Positions 50,031 to 62,437 of a stretch of 64,000 bases of DNA are shown one piece after another (positions within the stretch are counted from its first letter, which is position 1; each line of letters begins with the position of its first letter). This DNA comes from Squalus acanthias. Taxonomy: Eukaryota. The DNA is taken from the NCBI GenBank assembly GCA_030390025.1, contig CM059432.1, positions 91,018,001-91,082,000 on the forward strand. Reading direction: 5' to 3'. Both the position numbers and the translations under genes were made by a program. The notes beneath the pieces are model-generated. The model did not search any database. It was not told the DNA's origin and saw only the letters and a list, made by a program, of their open reading frames with translations.

Positions 50031-50990
50031 CATGGCAGGGCACCTCGGTCCTGTGGAATGCACATCTAGTGCCATGTGGGGACTCCATGATGCTTCCCGT
50101 GTCCTGGACAACCACATGTGCAGGAAGTGTCGTCAGCTGGAGGAGCTCAAGCTCTAGGTTTTGGAGCTTGAGCAGCAGCTGGTGTCACTGCGGTGTATCC
50201 GTGAGGCTGAGAGCTACGTGGATAGCATGTTTCAGGAGGTGGTCACCCCACAACATAAGAGTGTGCAGGCAGAGAGGGAATGGGTGACTGCCAGACAGAC
50301 AAGAAGGACCAGGCAGGTAGTGCAGGAGTCCCCATGAGTACATCTCCCTCTCTAACCAGTATTCAGGACTGAATACTGGTGAGGGTGATGGTTCCTCTGG
50401 CAAGTACAGCCAGAGCCAAGCCCACGGCACCACAGGTGGCTCAGCTGTACGGGGGGGGGGGGGGGGGGGGGAGAGGAAGATCGGGAAAGCAATAGTGATA
50501 GGAGATTAGAAAGTTAGAGGAACAGACAGGCGTTTCTGTGGCCACAGACGTGATTCCAGGATGGTAAGTTGCCTCCCTGGTGCCAGGGTAAAGGATGTCA
50601 CTGAGTGGCTGCAGAACATTCTGAGGGGGGAGGGTGAACAGCCAGAGGTTGTGGTCCATATCGGTATCAACGACATAGGTAGAAAGAGAGATGAGGTCCT
50701 GCAGGCAGATTTTAGGGAGCTAGGAAAGAGATTAAAAAGCAGGACCTCAAATGTAGTAATCGCTGGAATACTCCTGTTGCCACGAGGTAGTGAGTATAGA
50801 AATAGGAGGATAGAACAATAAACACGTGGCTGGAGAGATGGTGCAGGAGGGAGGGCTTTAGATTCCTGTGACATGAAGACCGCTTCTGGGGGAGGTAAGA
50901 CCTATACAGGCTGGGCGGGCTGCACCTCAAAAGAGCTGGGACCAAGTGTCCTTGTAGGGGGTTTGCTAGTGCTGTTGGGGAGGGTTTAAA
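50031..50990 (+). pseudogene. CR1 ORF1 (zinc-finger-like/coiled coil plus SGNH esterase)
   Basis: MAGHLGPVECTS...CRKC; VIGD*; CLPGARVKDV; VVVHIGIND; GLHL; internal stops. Confidence 0.85.
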
Positions 50991-51733
50991 CTAATTTGGC
51001 AAGGGGATGGGCACCAGGATGTAGTATTAGATAGGAGAAACAAGGTGCACAAAGATTGAGAAAGACAGATAGCACTAGAGTAAGAAATAGTACGGTATTA
51101 GGTGGGGTCAGACTAAGAGAGAATTCAAGAAGGTCTAAGATAGGTTTACATTGCACGTGTGTGAATGCACGATGTGTGGTAAATAAGGTTGGTGAGCTGC
51201 AGGCGCAAATAGACACATGGGAATATGATGTCGTGGCGATAACGGAGACCTGGCTCAAAAAAGGGCAGGATCGGGTACTAAATATTCCTGGATATAAGGT
51301 GTTCAGGAAAGATAGGAAAGGAAAGAAGGGAGGTGGGGTGGCAGTATTGATTAAGGAAAATATTACAGTGCTGGAGAGAGAGGATGTCCTGGAGGGGTCA
51401 AGGACAGAATCTATTTGGTTAGAGTTGAGAAAAATTAGAGGTGCCATTACACTACTAGGTGTATTCTATAGGCCGCCAACTAGTGGGAAGGATATAGAGG
51501 AGCAAATTTGTAGGGAAATTACAGAGAGGTACAAGAACTATAGAGTAGTGATAATGGGGGACTTCAACTATCCTAATATAGACTGGGACAGTAATAGTGT
51601 AAACGGCAGAGAGGGGGGAAGAATTTCTGAAGTGTGTTCAGGAGAACTTTCTTGATCAGTATGTTTCCAGCCCAACGAGGAAGGAGGCATTGCTGGATCT
51701 GGTTCTGGGAATGAGGTGGGTCAAGTAGAGTAA

Positions 51734-52577
51734 GGACTGGATTTTGTCAATGGGGACGTGATGGATGCAGGACTCCCACTTTTTGGGTTGTAGTCCCGCC
51801 TCCATTGACTTGTGGCCAACCCACTGTATTTTCCCTTGATTGACCTTGTTAAGCCCGCCCAGTGGGCTTAGCAGGCCAATCAAGGGTCCCTTGGATACAG
51901 GTGATGTCAGCCATTGAAATTTCATCTGTCAAGAGCTTTTGACAGATGAAATTTCAGCATTTGACAGCTCTGTGAAGCTGTCAAACACTGACAATATGAT
52001 TTCTAACTTGAGTCCCTGTACTTAGACTCAGTTAGAAATCAATCCAGCACAGAAAGCAGAGACTGCAGCTTTTGACAGCTCCGCGGCCATTCTGCTTTCT
52101 GTGCCGTGGATGTGAGGGACTCCTGACACCTTAAGGAAGCTAGCCTGCAGGACGAAGTTAAGGTAAGTAAAAGTTCTTAAAACACTTTACACACACCAAA
52201 CACACTTACCTCTGCACTCATGCACCCATCACTCACCTGCACATCGGACATCTTGACCCCTCCAAGCCCTCCAGACCGATGGTCCGCCTCGCTAAATCGG
52301 CGTGGTTCGGACCTGTCGGGAAGCCCACACTTCAGGGCTAAAAATAGGGATTAGGCAAAAAACTGCCTGTTAACTACCTGTTAACAGGCAGTTTATTGGC
52401 ACTAATCCCCTTCCTGCCTCAGGGAGGCGGGTCCCAGCACAGGTCGGGTACCCGCCTCCTGGGAAACTGGCATGGAGGCGGGTTGGGGGCGGGATGGGTT
52501 CGGGACCCCCGAATCTGCTATTTTCACACCACTCCCGCCTCCAAACCCGCCTCCACGGGCCGGTGAAAATTTAGCCC
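51734..52577. mobile_element. Harbinger-type MITE, family B (844 bp), inside CR1 ORF2
   Basis: GGACTGGATTTT ... AAAATTTAGCCC; flanks TAA/GAA; CR1 reads GQVE-VSVGEH across the site. Confidence 0.92.
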
Positions 52578-53048
52578 GAAGTGTCAGTAGGGGAACATTT
52601 AAGGAACAGTGATCACAGTATCATAAGGTTTAGATTAGCTATGGAAAAGGAGAGGGAACAATCTAGAGTAAAAATAGTTAAATGGAAGAAGGCCAATTTC
52701 AGTGGGTTGAGAATGGATCTGGCCCGGGTAAATTGGAATCAAAGATTGGCAGGCAAAACTGTAATCGAACAATGGGCTGCCTTTAAAGAAGAGATGGTTC
52801 GGGTACAGTCGAAGTACATTCCCACGAGGGGGAAAGGTAGGGCAACCAAAGCCAGAGCTCCTTCGATGACGAAAGAGATAGAGAGTAAGATGAAGCAGAA
52901 AAAGACGCATATGACAGATGTCAGGTTGAGAATACAAGTGAGAATCAGGCTGAATATAGAACGTTCAGAGGGGAAGTGCAAAAGGAAATAAGAGGGGCAA
53001 AAAGAGAGTATGAGAATAGACTGGCAGCTAACATAAAATGGAAACCAA

Positions 53049-53676
53049 GGGGAAAAAATTGAGTCGCGCCCCCTTTGGGGCGCTAACTTCGCCGGGGCGC
53101 TACCTTTAGCGCCCTGGAGAAATTAGCAACCCGCGGCCAAAATTGAGTGGTAGCGCCCTAGGAGGAAAGCGGGGCACCGCGGTACTGCAGGCCTTCGTCC
53201 CCTTCTTAAAGGGGAGGGGCCTTGCACAGCGCGACCCAGGGCTCAGCTGGGCCACCGGGGATCGGAGTGCCGGCAAAAGAGCCCAGCACTCAAGAGAAGT
53301 GCCGGGCTCATGGAGCACAGCAGGCACTCCGCGGGGGTCGGGTCAGGAGGCCGGGGACGGCAACGGAGGCAGGTGCTGGCAGGCGGCCAGCAACACAAAT
53401 GGCCGCCTGGCACCTCACCTTTAAATAGCGCTGCCCCGGCCGCAGGTAGGCCCCCCTGACCCCGTTGGACATAGCATCCGGCGGTAAGTCGGGCGCACTA
53501 CCGAAGATCACAGCCGGGGCGCGAGCGGGGCGCTGCGCACGGCGATGACGGTTACCAGCGCCGCTAACCTCCAACTGAATTTCGCAGGAGGCGGCGGTGC
53601 CCCCGGGCGCTAGTTGCTTTGCGCCCCGTTAGCGCCCTCTTTAACGGGAGGCGCAAAGCAACCGAATTTTTCCCAG
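53049..53676. mobile_element. CpG-rich MITE, family C (628 bp), inside CR1 ORF2
   Basis: GGGGAAAAAATT ... AATTTTTCCCAG; TSD CAA; removal restores NIKWKPKVFYRHIN. Confidence 0.92.
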
Positions 53677-54553
53677 CAAAGGTCTTCTATAGGCATATAA
53701 ATAGAAAAAGGGTAGTAAGAGGAGGGGTGGGGTCGATTAGGGACCAAAATGGAGACCTACGCATGAAGGCAGAGGGCGTGACTGAGGTACTAAATGAGTA
53801 CTTTGCATCTGTCTTTACCAAGGAAGAAGGTACTGCCAAAGTCATGGTGAAAGTGGAGGTAGTTGAGATACTTAATGGGATAAAAATTGATAAAGAGGAG
53901 GTACTAGAAAGGCTGGCTGTACTTAAAGTAGATAAGTCACCAGAACTGGATCTGATGCATCCTAGGATGCTGATGGAAGTAAAGGTAGAAATTGTGGAGG
54001 TACTGGCCATAATCTTTCAATCCTCCTTGGATACGGGGGTGGTGCCAGAGGACTGGAGAATTGCAAATGTTACACCCTTGTTCAAAAAAGGGTGTAAGAA
54101 TAAACCCAGCAACTACAGGCCAGTCAATTTAACCTTGGTAATGGGGAAGCTTTTGAAACGATAATCCGGGACAAAATTAACAGTCACTTGGACAAGTGTG
54201 GAGTAATTAAGGAAAGCCAGCACAGATTTGTTAAAGGCAAATTGTGTTTAACTAGCTTGATTGAGTTTTTTGATGAGGTAACAGAGAGGGTTGATGAGGG
54301 CAATGCGGTTGTTATGGTGCACATGGACTTCCAAATGGCATTTGATAAAGTGCCAAATAATAGGCTTGCCAGCAAAGTTGAAGCCCATGGAATAAAAGGG
54401 ACAGTGACAGCATGGATACAAAATTGGCTAAGTGATAGGAAACAGAGAGTAGTGGTGAATGGTTGTTTATCGGACTGGAGAAAGGTACACAGTGGGGTTC
54501 CCCAGGGGTCAGTACTAGGACCACTGCTTTTCTTGATATATATTAATGATTGA

Positions 54554-55000
54554 GGCCACGATTTTATCAATGGAGGCGGGTTGGGTGCGGGTCAGGTGGT
54601 TTCCGGCTTCCAGTCCCGCCCCCAGCTGCATCCGACCCACAGAAGTGATTTTACATTGATTGACCTTGTTAAGACCGCCCTGCGGGCTTGCCAGCTAATT
54701 AAGAGAAAGTCGGTCAGATGACATCATTTGATGACGCGTCATCTGCTGGTTTTCTTAAAGGGACTACGCACAATTTTTTTTTGACAGTTAATTTCTCAGT
54801 GTTTGACAGCAGAGGTGCTGCAAACACTGACAATCACTGCACAAAGGTCACCTCTTGCACCCAGGCGCTCCAATGACTCCCTCCATAGGCTGGAATTGAT
54901 GGTAGCTGCAGGTGAGGTGACAGAAGCGATCTGTCACTGGTGAGAGAGGTTCTCCCAATGAGGTGGCACTGGACATGGATTTCAAAACTTGTAACCTAAA
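54554..55000. mobile_element. Truncated Harbinger derivative (same family as 4218-5333) inside the CR1 RT; a deletion removed its right end and the CR1 FADD region
   Basis: GGCCACGATTTT terminus directly after LIYIND; homology to 4300-4420 and 4820-4900; CR1 resumes at about 55020. Confidence 0.8.
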
Positions 55001-56014
55001 GAAATGTGTAAATGTATTAAAAAGAGGCAATATAAACTAAAGGGTACAATTCTAAAGCAGGTGTATGAGCAGAGAGACCTGGGGGTATATGTGAACAAAT
55101 TGTTGAAGGTGGCAGGGCAGGTTGAGAAAGCAGTTAAAAAAGCATATGGGATCCTGGGCTTCATAAATAGAGGCACAGAGTACAAAAGCAAGGAAGTTAT
55201 GATGAACCTTTACGAAACACTGGTTCGGCCTCAACTGGAGTATTGTGTCCAATTCTGGGCACCACACATTAAGAAGGATGTGAAGGCCTTAGAGAGGGTG
55301 CAGAAAAGATTTACAAGAATGGTTCCAGGGATGCGGGACTTCAGTTACGTGGATAGACTGGAGAAGCTGGGGTTGTTCTCCTTAGAGCAGAGAAGATTGA
55401 GAAGAGATTTGATAGAAGAGTTCAAAACCATGAGTGGTCTAGGCAGAGTAGATAGAGATAGTTCCCATTGGCGGAAGAATCGAGAACCAGAGGACACAGA
55501 TTTAAGGTGATTGGCAGAAGAACCAAAGGTGACATGAGGAAAAACTTTTTTACGCAGCGAGTGGTTAAGATCTGGAATGCACTGCCTGAAAGGGTGGTGG
55601 AGGCAGACTCAATCGTGGCTTTCAAAAGGGAATTGGATAAGTACCTGAAGGAAAAAATTTGCAGGGCTACAGGGAAAGGGCGGGGGAGTGGGACTGGCTG
55701 AAGTGCTCTTGCAGAGAGCCGGCACGGGCTCGACAGTCCGAATGGCCTCCTTCTGTGCTGTAACCATTCTATTTTTCTATGATTCTATGTAGTGTAAACA
55801 CAATAGAACCAATTTTACAAAGCCGCACTAGTGGCAGGTAACAGCTGATAAATTGACGTGCCCGATTTGTTGCCCACCACATTTTGCAGTGACAAAATGC
55901 AACCGTTCGACAGGCATATGCAGGCCTCATTCAAATGGATGAAATATTTAAGTCAGGTCCCACACTGAATTTTGTGACTTCGGATGAGGTTCCATCCACA
56001 GTTTGCCTATCACC

Positions 56015-57002
56015 CATATAAAATAAGTAAAGACGTCTTACTGCAATTACATAGGACCCTAATGAGACCACACCTGGAGTATTGTGTACAGTTTTGGTCT
56101 CCTTACCTAATGAAGGATATACTTGCCATAAAAAAGAAAGACTTGCATTTATATAGCGCCTTTCATGACCACCGGACGTCTCAAAGCGCTTCACAGCCAA
56201 TTAAGTACTTTTGGATTGTAGTCACTGTTGTAATGTGGGAAATGCGGCAGCCAATTTGCGCACAAGGTCCCACAAACAGCAATGTGATAATTACCAGATA
56301 ATGTTTTTTTTGTTGTGTTGGTTCAGGGATAAATATTGGCCAGGACACCGGGGATAACTCCCCTGCTCTTCTTCGAAATAGTGCCATGGGATCTTTTACG
56401 TCCGCCTAAGAGAGCAGACGGGACCTCGGTTTAACATCTCATCCGAAAACAGCACCTCCGACAGTGCAGCACTCCCTCAGCACTGCGCTGGAGTGTCAGC
56501 CTAGCTTTATGTGCTCAAGTCCCTGGAGTGGGACTTGAACCCACAACCTTCTGACTAAGAGGCGAGTGTGCTACCATAGAGGGAGTGCAACGAAAGTTCA
56601 CCAGAATGAGAAGCAATCTCATTGAAACAGACAAAATTCTTACAGGGCTTGACAGGGTAAATGCAGGGAGGATGTTTCCCCTGGCTGGGGAGTCCAGAAC
56701 TAGGGGTCACAGTCTCAGAATAAGGGGTCGGCCATTTAGGACTGAGATGAGGAGAAATTTCTTCACTCAGAGGGTGGTGAATCTTTGGAATTCTCTACCC
56801 TAGAGGGCCGTGGAGGCTCAGTCGCTGAGTATATTTAAGATAGAGATCGATATATTTTTGGATATTAAGGGAATCAAGGGATATGGGGATAGTTCAGGAA
56901 AGTGGAGATGGGGTAGAAGATCAGCCATGATCTTATTGAATGGCGGAGCAGGCTCGAAGGGCCAGATGGCCTACTCCTGCTCCTATTTCTTATGTTCTTA
57001 TG
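56015..57002 (+). mobile_element. CR1 3' fragment, internally deleted and split by a SINE
   Basis: RPHLEYCVQFWSP; RRNFFTQRVVNLWNSLP; tail tttcttatgttcttatg. Confidence 0.92.
56131..56573 (-). mobile_element. DeuSINE (SacSINE1-like) inserted in CR1
   Basis: Reverse-complement paralog of 41364-41800; CCATA duplicated at 56126-30 and 56574-78. Confidence 0.92.
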
Positions 57003-57731
57003 TACTCAAGGAAGCTTGCTAAAGGGTAGTTATGGTTTCAGTTTCTGGTCAAAAAAATCTTTATTTTTGCATGCATCTTGCTCCATGCGTTAATTGATTT
57101 TACTGGGTAGTATACCATTTTTGTGTTTTTGGAGGTGGGGATGTTTCATGCAAACAGTTCCCTTCATTATGTTTGGTAATTGCTGCTTTAAATTTGCACC
57201 ATGCAGGATGTTGAGAATGGGTATTTCTTTGGGGATTATAAAGTAAATTAAAGGCTAAAACCACTCTAGAGGTTTATTGACATTATGCAGACAAACCTGA
57301 CTGATGCTAACTCTGGAATTAAGAAAAGAAATGCAACAAGTAATATAACAATGGCTACCTCTATGAAAGTCAATTAAATCCTCACATGGAAACAAAGCTG
57401 AGAAGAAATCACAGAAGGAAGAATTGGTATCAGAATCAAGTTCAGATTCATCCTCAAAGATGGCAGCTTGTTATACGATCCTTGGTAGTAATTAGAGGAT
57501 GTGGATCCTGACTACAAAACAGGTAATAGTTTCAGTTCAACGACAAACAGCACAGAATAGATACTGCTTTTTTTGACTGCCCAGTTAATTGAGAGAAAGC
57601 AAAATCTAACCATTGATAATACAATGGAAGGCTGACTGTGAAACTTATGCATCCAATTAATCGGAGTTGCCCTGAAATAAACAGTGAAAAGTACAGAGAT
57701 GGAATGCCCATTTTACTTGGGCAAAAACAAT

Positions 57732-60611
57732 GGCCCAGAAATTGGGCTACTTACCGCCACCTGTTAGCGCTGGAATCCTGGCGGAAAATGACGGCTGCCA
57801 CTCAAACCTCCCTTCTCTGGCAGAAGAAGCATAGAAGCATAGAAGATAGGAGCAGGAGTAGGCCATTTGGCCCCTCGAGCCTGCTCTGCCATTTAATGAG
57901 ATCATGGCTGATCATCCAAATTCAGTACCCTGTCCCTGCTTTCTCCCCATATCCCTTGATCCCTTTAGCCTTAAGAAATATATCTAACTCCTTCTTGAAT
58001 ATATTTAATGAATTGGCCTCAACTGCCTTCTGTGGTAGAGAATTCCACAGGTTCACCACTCTCTGGGTGAAGAAATTCCTCCTCATCTCAGTCCTAAATG
58101 GCTTACCCCTTATCCTTAGACTGTGACCCCTGGTTCTGGACTCCCCTGCCATCGGGAACATCCTTCCTGCATCTAGTCTGTCTAGTCCTGTTAGAATTTT
58201 ATAAGTTTCAATGAGATCCCCTCTCATTCTTCTAAACTCTAGCGAATATAAGCCTAATCGACCCAATCTCTCTTCATATGTCATTCCTGCCATCCCAGGT
58301 ATCAGTCTGGTAAATTTTCGCTGCACTCCCTCCATGGCAAGAACATCCTTCCTCAGATAAGGCGACCAAAACTGCACATAATACTCAAGGTGTGGTCTCA
58401 CCAAGGCCTTGTACAACTGCAGCAAGACATCCTTGTTCCTGTACTCGAATCCTCTCGCTATGAAGGCCAACATACCATTTGCCTTCTTAACCGCCTGCTG
58501 CACCTGCATGCTTACCTTCAGCGACTGGTGCACAAGGACTCCCAGATCTCGTTGCACTTCCCCTTTTCCCAATCTATTGCCGTTCAGATAATAATCTGTC
58601 TTCCTGTTTTTGCCACCAAAGTGGATAACCTCGCATTTATCCACATTATACTACATCTGCCATGCATCTGCCCAATCACCCAACCTGTCCAAATCATACT
58701 GGAGTTTCTCTGCATCCTCCTCACAGCACACACGCCCACCCAGCTTTGTGTCGTCTGCAAACTTAAAGATATTACATCTAGTTCCCTCGTCTAGATCATT
58801 TATATATATTGTGAATAGCTGGGGTCCTAGCACCGATCCCTGCGGTACCCCACTAGTCACTGCCTGCCACTCGGAAAAAGACCCGTTTATTCCAACTCTT
58901 TGCTTCCTGTCTGCCAACCAGTTCTCTATCCAAATCAGTACCTTACCCCCAATCCCATGTGCTTTAACTTTGCATGTAAATTTCTTATGCGGGACCTTAT
59001 CGAAAGCCTTCTGAAAGTCCAAATACACCACATCCACTGCTTCTCCCTTATCTATTCTACCAGTTACATCCTCAAAGAATTCCAGTAGATTAGTCAGAGG
59101 AGGAAGCAGAAGGAAGACAGCCTCTTTCTGGCTGGGATATCCGGGATGGAATCATCCGTCTGCGGTCCCAGTGACCACAACCCTAATTCCCCTTTCAACA
59201 TTAGTCCCACACCTTACCGTCCCTCTGTTACTGACCATCACAGCGACCTCTTGGCCACAATGCTGAAATAAAAGCCACCACAAAGCAAATTTTCCAATCC
59301 AACTTTATACATCTATCCATCCAATATGACATTAATAAATCAACTAATCACCCTTATGAATTCCTTTAGTGACTGTCTTGTGTGTGCCTTTCCCTATCCT
59401 ACTGATGTCACACAGTGCTACCCCAGCGGCTGCAGCATGGCTGGTGGAAGGCTGCTGACTTTCAGTGGGGGACACTGCAGATGGCCTTGCTGGCTGAACT
59501 TGAGGAGCTGGTGGCTGGGAATGTGAAATTGAGTGAAGGTGTTTCTTCTTCTTCTTCTTCACTCTCCTCTCCCTCTTCTTGGTCAACCACTGGCTGAGTA
59601 GGCTGCATTTCTTGGGTGTGTGGAATGAGGAAGGCACAAGGCTGTAGTTGTGGTGAGGGGAGGGCGGGAAAGCAAGAGGAAGATAAAGTATGAGGATACC
59701 CGCATCTTGTATCCTTTCAGCCCCACCGCTGGCCAAGGGCTCAGCCATGCCCCTGCCAAGAATGGCCAGCACCGTCTCCTCCAAGGGGGTGAGGTGAAGC
59801 TAGGAATGGGAGGTGTGCCTCGTATTTGCTACAGATTGTTGGTAGGTGAGTGATTGTGGAGGGTCATGCAATGAGCAGTGTGTGAGGCTAGTGGTGCAGT
59901 TGGTAGGAGACGGCTTTTGAAGATGCATTCACTGACCTTGACCAGTGGTCTGAGGTCATGAAGCTTTTTTGGGCACTGGAGCCAGGTCGTGGGGGTGACA
60001 CTGCTGGCAGTGATCTGATCCACATCGTTCTTTCTGGAGGCCTCCTGGCCCTTGTGGGTAGAGGACCTCTCTTGCAGTGTTGACCTCCTGCACAAAGCTG
60101 GAGTGCTGCGTGTGAGACCCTGGGTGCCCCCTCCCTGGCTTGCTGAGCCATTTGTGTTAGTGCTGAAGCACTTTTAGCATTTTGCTTTAGGTGCGGAAGG
60201 CAATTTAGCTTTAAGAGCTGAAGACTCCCATTTGGGAATTCTTTTTAATGTTAATTTTTTTCAGAAGGCAGTTGAACTGTAAGGGTAAAAACGGCCTATT
60301 TTTACATGATTTTTTTTTCATTTCCGAAGGCAGTTCCCCTTTAAGGGACTGAACTGCTTTCTGAAAGGACAGCCTTGCTTTAAGAGAAGGCTGTTCTTGC
60401 TGCAATGACTCTACAGCCACGCTAGATTGGGGCCTCCTGCTGGGATTAATGCCACCAGAACAGCGTTACACAGTAAGCTTAGCGCTGGGCTGATGTTAAT
60501 TAGCCACCAGCGCCAATTTACCGGTCCTGCCAGCGACATCATTTTCGGCGGCCATTAACTCCGGCCTGTGGTGGCACCAGCAGGTTTTTACCGATATTGA
60601 ATTTCTAGGCC
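57732..60611. mobile_element. Non-autonomous Harbinger, family D (Myb remnant on -, 60151-59344), interrupted by CR1
   Basis: GGCCCAGAAATT ... AATTTCTAGGCC; flanks AAT/ATT; 59097-60250 is the reverse complement of about 22300-23450. Confidence 0.85.
57828..59096 (-). mobile_element. 5'-truncated CR1 LINE
   Basis: [29 protein letters not shown]; one stop near 58651; (tctatgct)n tail. Confidence 0.97.
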
Positions 60612-61014
60612 ATTTCATTTACATCAACACCAAGTGCAGTTGTGTGACTGCCAAGATCTGGTCAACTGTATTAGGTCAGTAAATGAACCGTAGCTCATTG
60701 AGATGTATGAAAATTGAGAGGACAGTAATCATCCTGAGGCAATACAGGACTGATCATTGGTGAGGAAGGGGTAGAGGTGGTGAGTGAAAAAGAACTGTGT
60801 GGAGGTACAGCGTGGCCACGGGTCCTGCCCAGTTTTTTTGTCACTCTACATCATTGAGCCACCAATGAAATCGAGGATCGTTCAGAATCATGCAATAGTG
60901 AAGAAGCAACAGGTTGATGGAAGCTGCTCTGTGTGGAGTTGCGGATTTTACATCTGGTTGGGTTCTGTCATGACCAAGGCTGATGACACCTCAGGCAAGC
61001 AGGAGCGAGCATCA

Positions 61015-61502
61015 ACTCGCACCAAGTCCCGTTCGCCCATCACCCCTGTGCTCGCTGACCTATATTGGCGCCAGGTTAAGCAGCGCCTTGATTTCAAAAT
61101 TCTCATCCTTGTTTTCAATTCCCTCCATGGCCTCACTCCTTTCTATCTGTGTAAACTCCTTCAGCCCCACAACCCCCTGAGATATCTGCGCTCCTCTAAT
61201 TCTGCCCTCTTGAGCATCCCTGATTATAATCACTCAACCTTTGGTGGCCGTGCCTTCTGTTGCCTAGGCCCTAAGCTCTGGAATTCCTTGCCTAAACCTC
61301 TCCGCCTCACTACCTCTCTTTCCTCCTTTAAGACGCTCCTTAAAACCTACCTCTTTGGCCAAGCTTTTGGTCACCTGCCCTAATTTATCCTTATGTGGAT
61401 CAGTCTCCAATTTTTTGTCTTAAAATACTCCTGTGCAGCGCCTTGGGACGTTTTACTACGTTAAAGGTGCTATATAAATACAAGCTGTTGTTGTTGTTGT
61501 TG
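61015..61502 (+). mobile_element. L2 LINE 3' end
   Basis: SPITPVLADLYW...DFKIL...GGRAF...PKLWNSLP...FKTLLKTYLF; (gtt)n tail. Confidence 0.92.
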
Positions 61503-61809
61503 ATAATGTTGAGGCATTGAGATTCATAGTCTAAGACACATTTGGGTACAATCTTCAACTTCAAAATCTTCAAAAAGAGCTTCTATTGGGGTAATTGTGC
61601 GCCTGGGCAGTAAACTGGCGATTTCAATTTTCCATTGATTTTAGAGCGGGTTCTCTAACAGATGGGCGATCTGCTCCACCAGGTTCCCACCCGGCCATCG
61701 TGGGGTGTGGTGGGGGTGGGGGTGGCGGGGGCGGGGGGGGGCGAATTAATATATAAAGGTCCATGCCTTCGGATAATGTCACTGAGGGGGCAACATCTAC
61801 ATCAGAAAT

Positions 61810-61985
61810 AGGAGGGGTCCTTTGCAGTTCCACTCAGCTGGACAATGGAAGAGAGGCGTTGGAGGGGGGTGGTGTAGTCTACCATGTCAAAGGCTGCAGA
61901 AAAATTGAGAAGGATGAGGAGGGATAGTGCACCATGGTCACGACTACAGAGGATGTAATTTGTCACTTTGATTAGGGCCATTCCT
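61810..61985 (-). mobile_element. L2 RT fragment
   Basis: ALIKVTN.IL...LSLLILLNFSAAFDMVD. Confidence 0.75.
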
Positions 61986-62437
61986 ACAGCTTCAATAGGA
62001 CAAGCTTTCTTAGTGCACATGTAAGACCTCCTGGTTCTGTAGTATATAGAGGCAGGCAGCCAGCAGAATCACAAAAGACCACTCAGCACTCTTGCACCCA
62101 TATCCCTTTCAGTAGAGCATGACTTAGGAGTAGTACATGAGAAAGAATACAGTGCACCAGTACATGAAGCACAAGGGGCACGTCCCCGGAGCTAGTGTGC
62201 TAGGAGGTAGGTGAATAGTGTATGAGGTTGCACCATTAACTGGAAGGCAGATTTGATGAACCTAATGACCCTTTCTCATTTTTTCCATAAGTTTGCCCAT
62301 TTTTCACACAGTTACTTATAAAAGCAGATCTTTTGACACCATAACGATTGCAATCACCTATTTATTCAGGATAAATTAAAAAAATTATACATGGCATGGT
62401 GACAAAAAAGCACTGGAGTAGAATTTCTGCTGGGGTC

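Larger units (their letters stand above)
49645..55789 (+). mobile_element. Near full-length CR1 LINE (5'UTR, ORF1, ORF2, 3' tail), disabled and interrupted by three MITEs
   Basis: ORF1 with Cys motif and SGNH esterase; ORF2 with APE (ITETWL, GGGVA, YRPP, MGDFN, SDH) and RT ([10 protein letters not shown]); tail attctat...gattctatg; 5' boundary approximate. Confidence 0.93.

Noticed and set aside
50451..50471. Long G run as a functional G-quadruplex
   Set aside because: Homopolymer expansion inside a dead CR1 ORF1; may also be sequencing slippage
57638..59088. Plus-strand ORFs of 130-160 aa
   Set aside because: Antisense shadows of the CR1 ORF2
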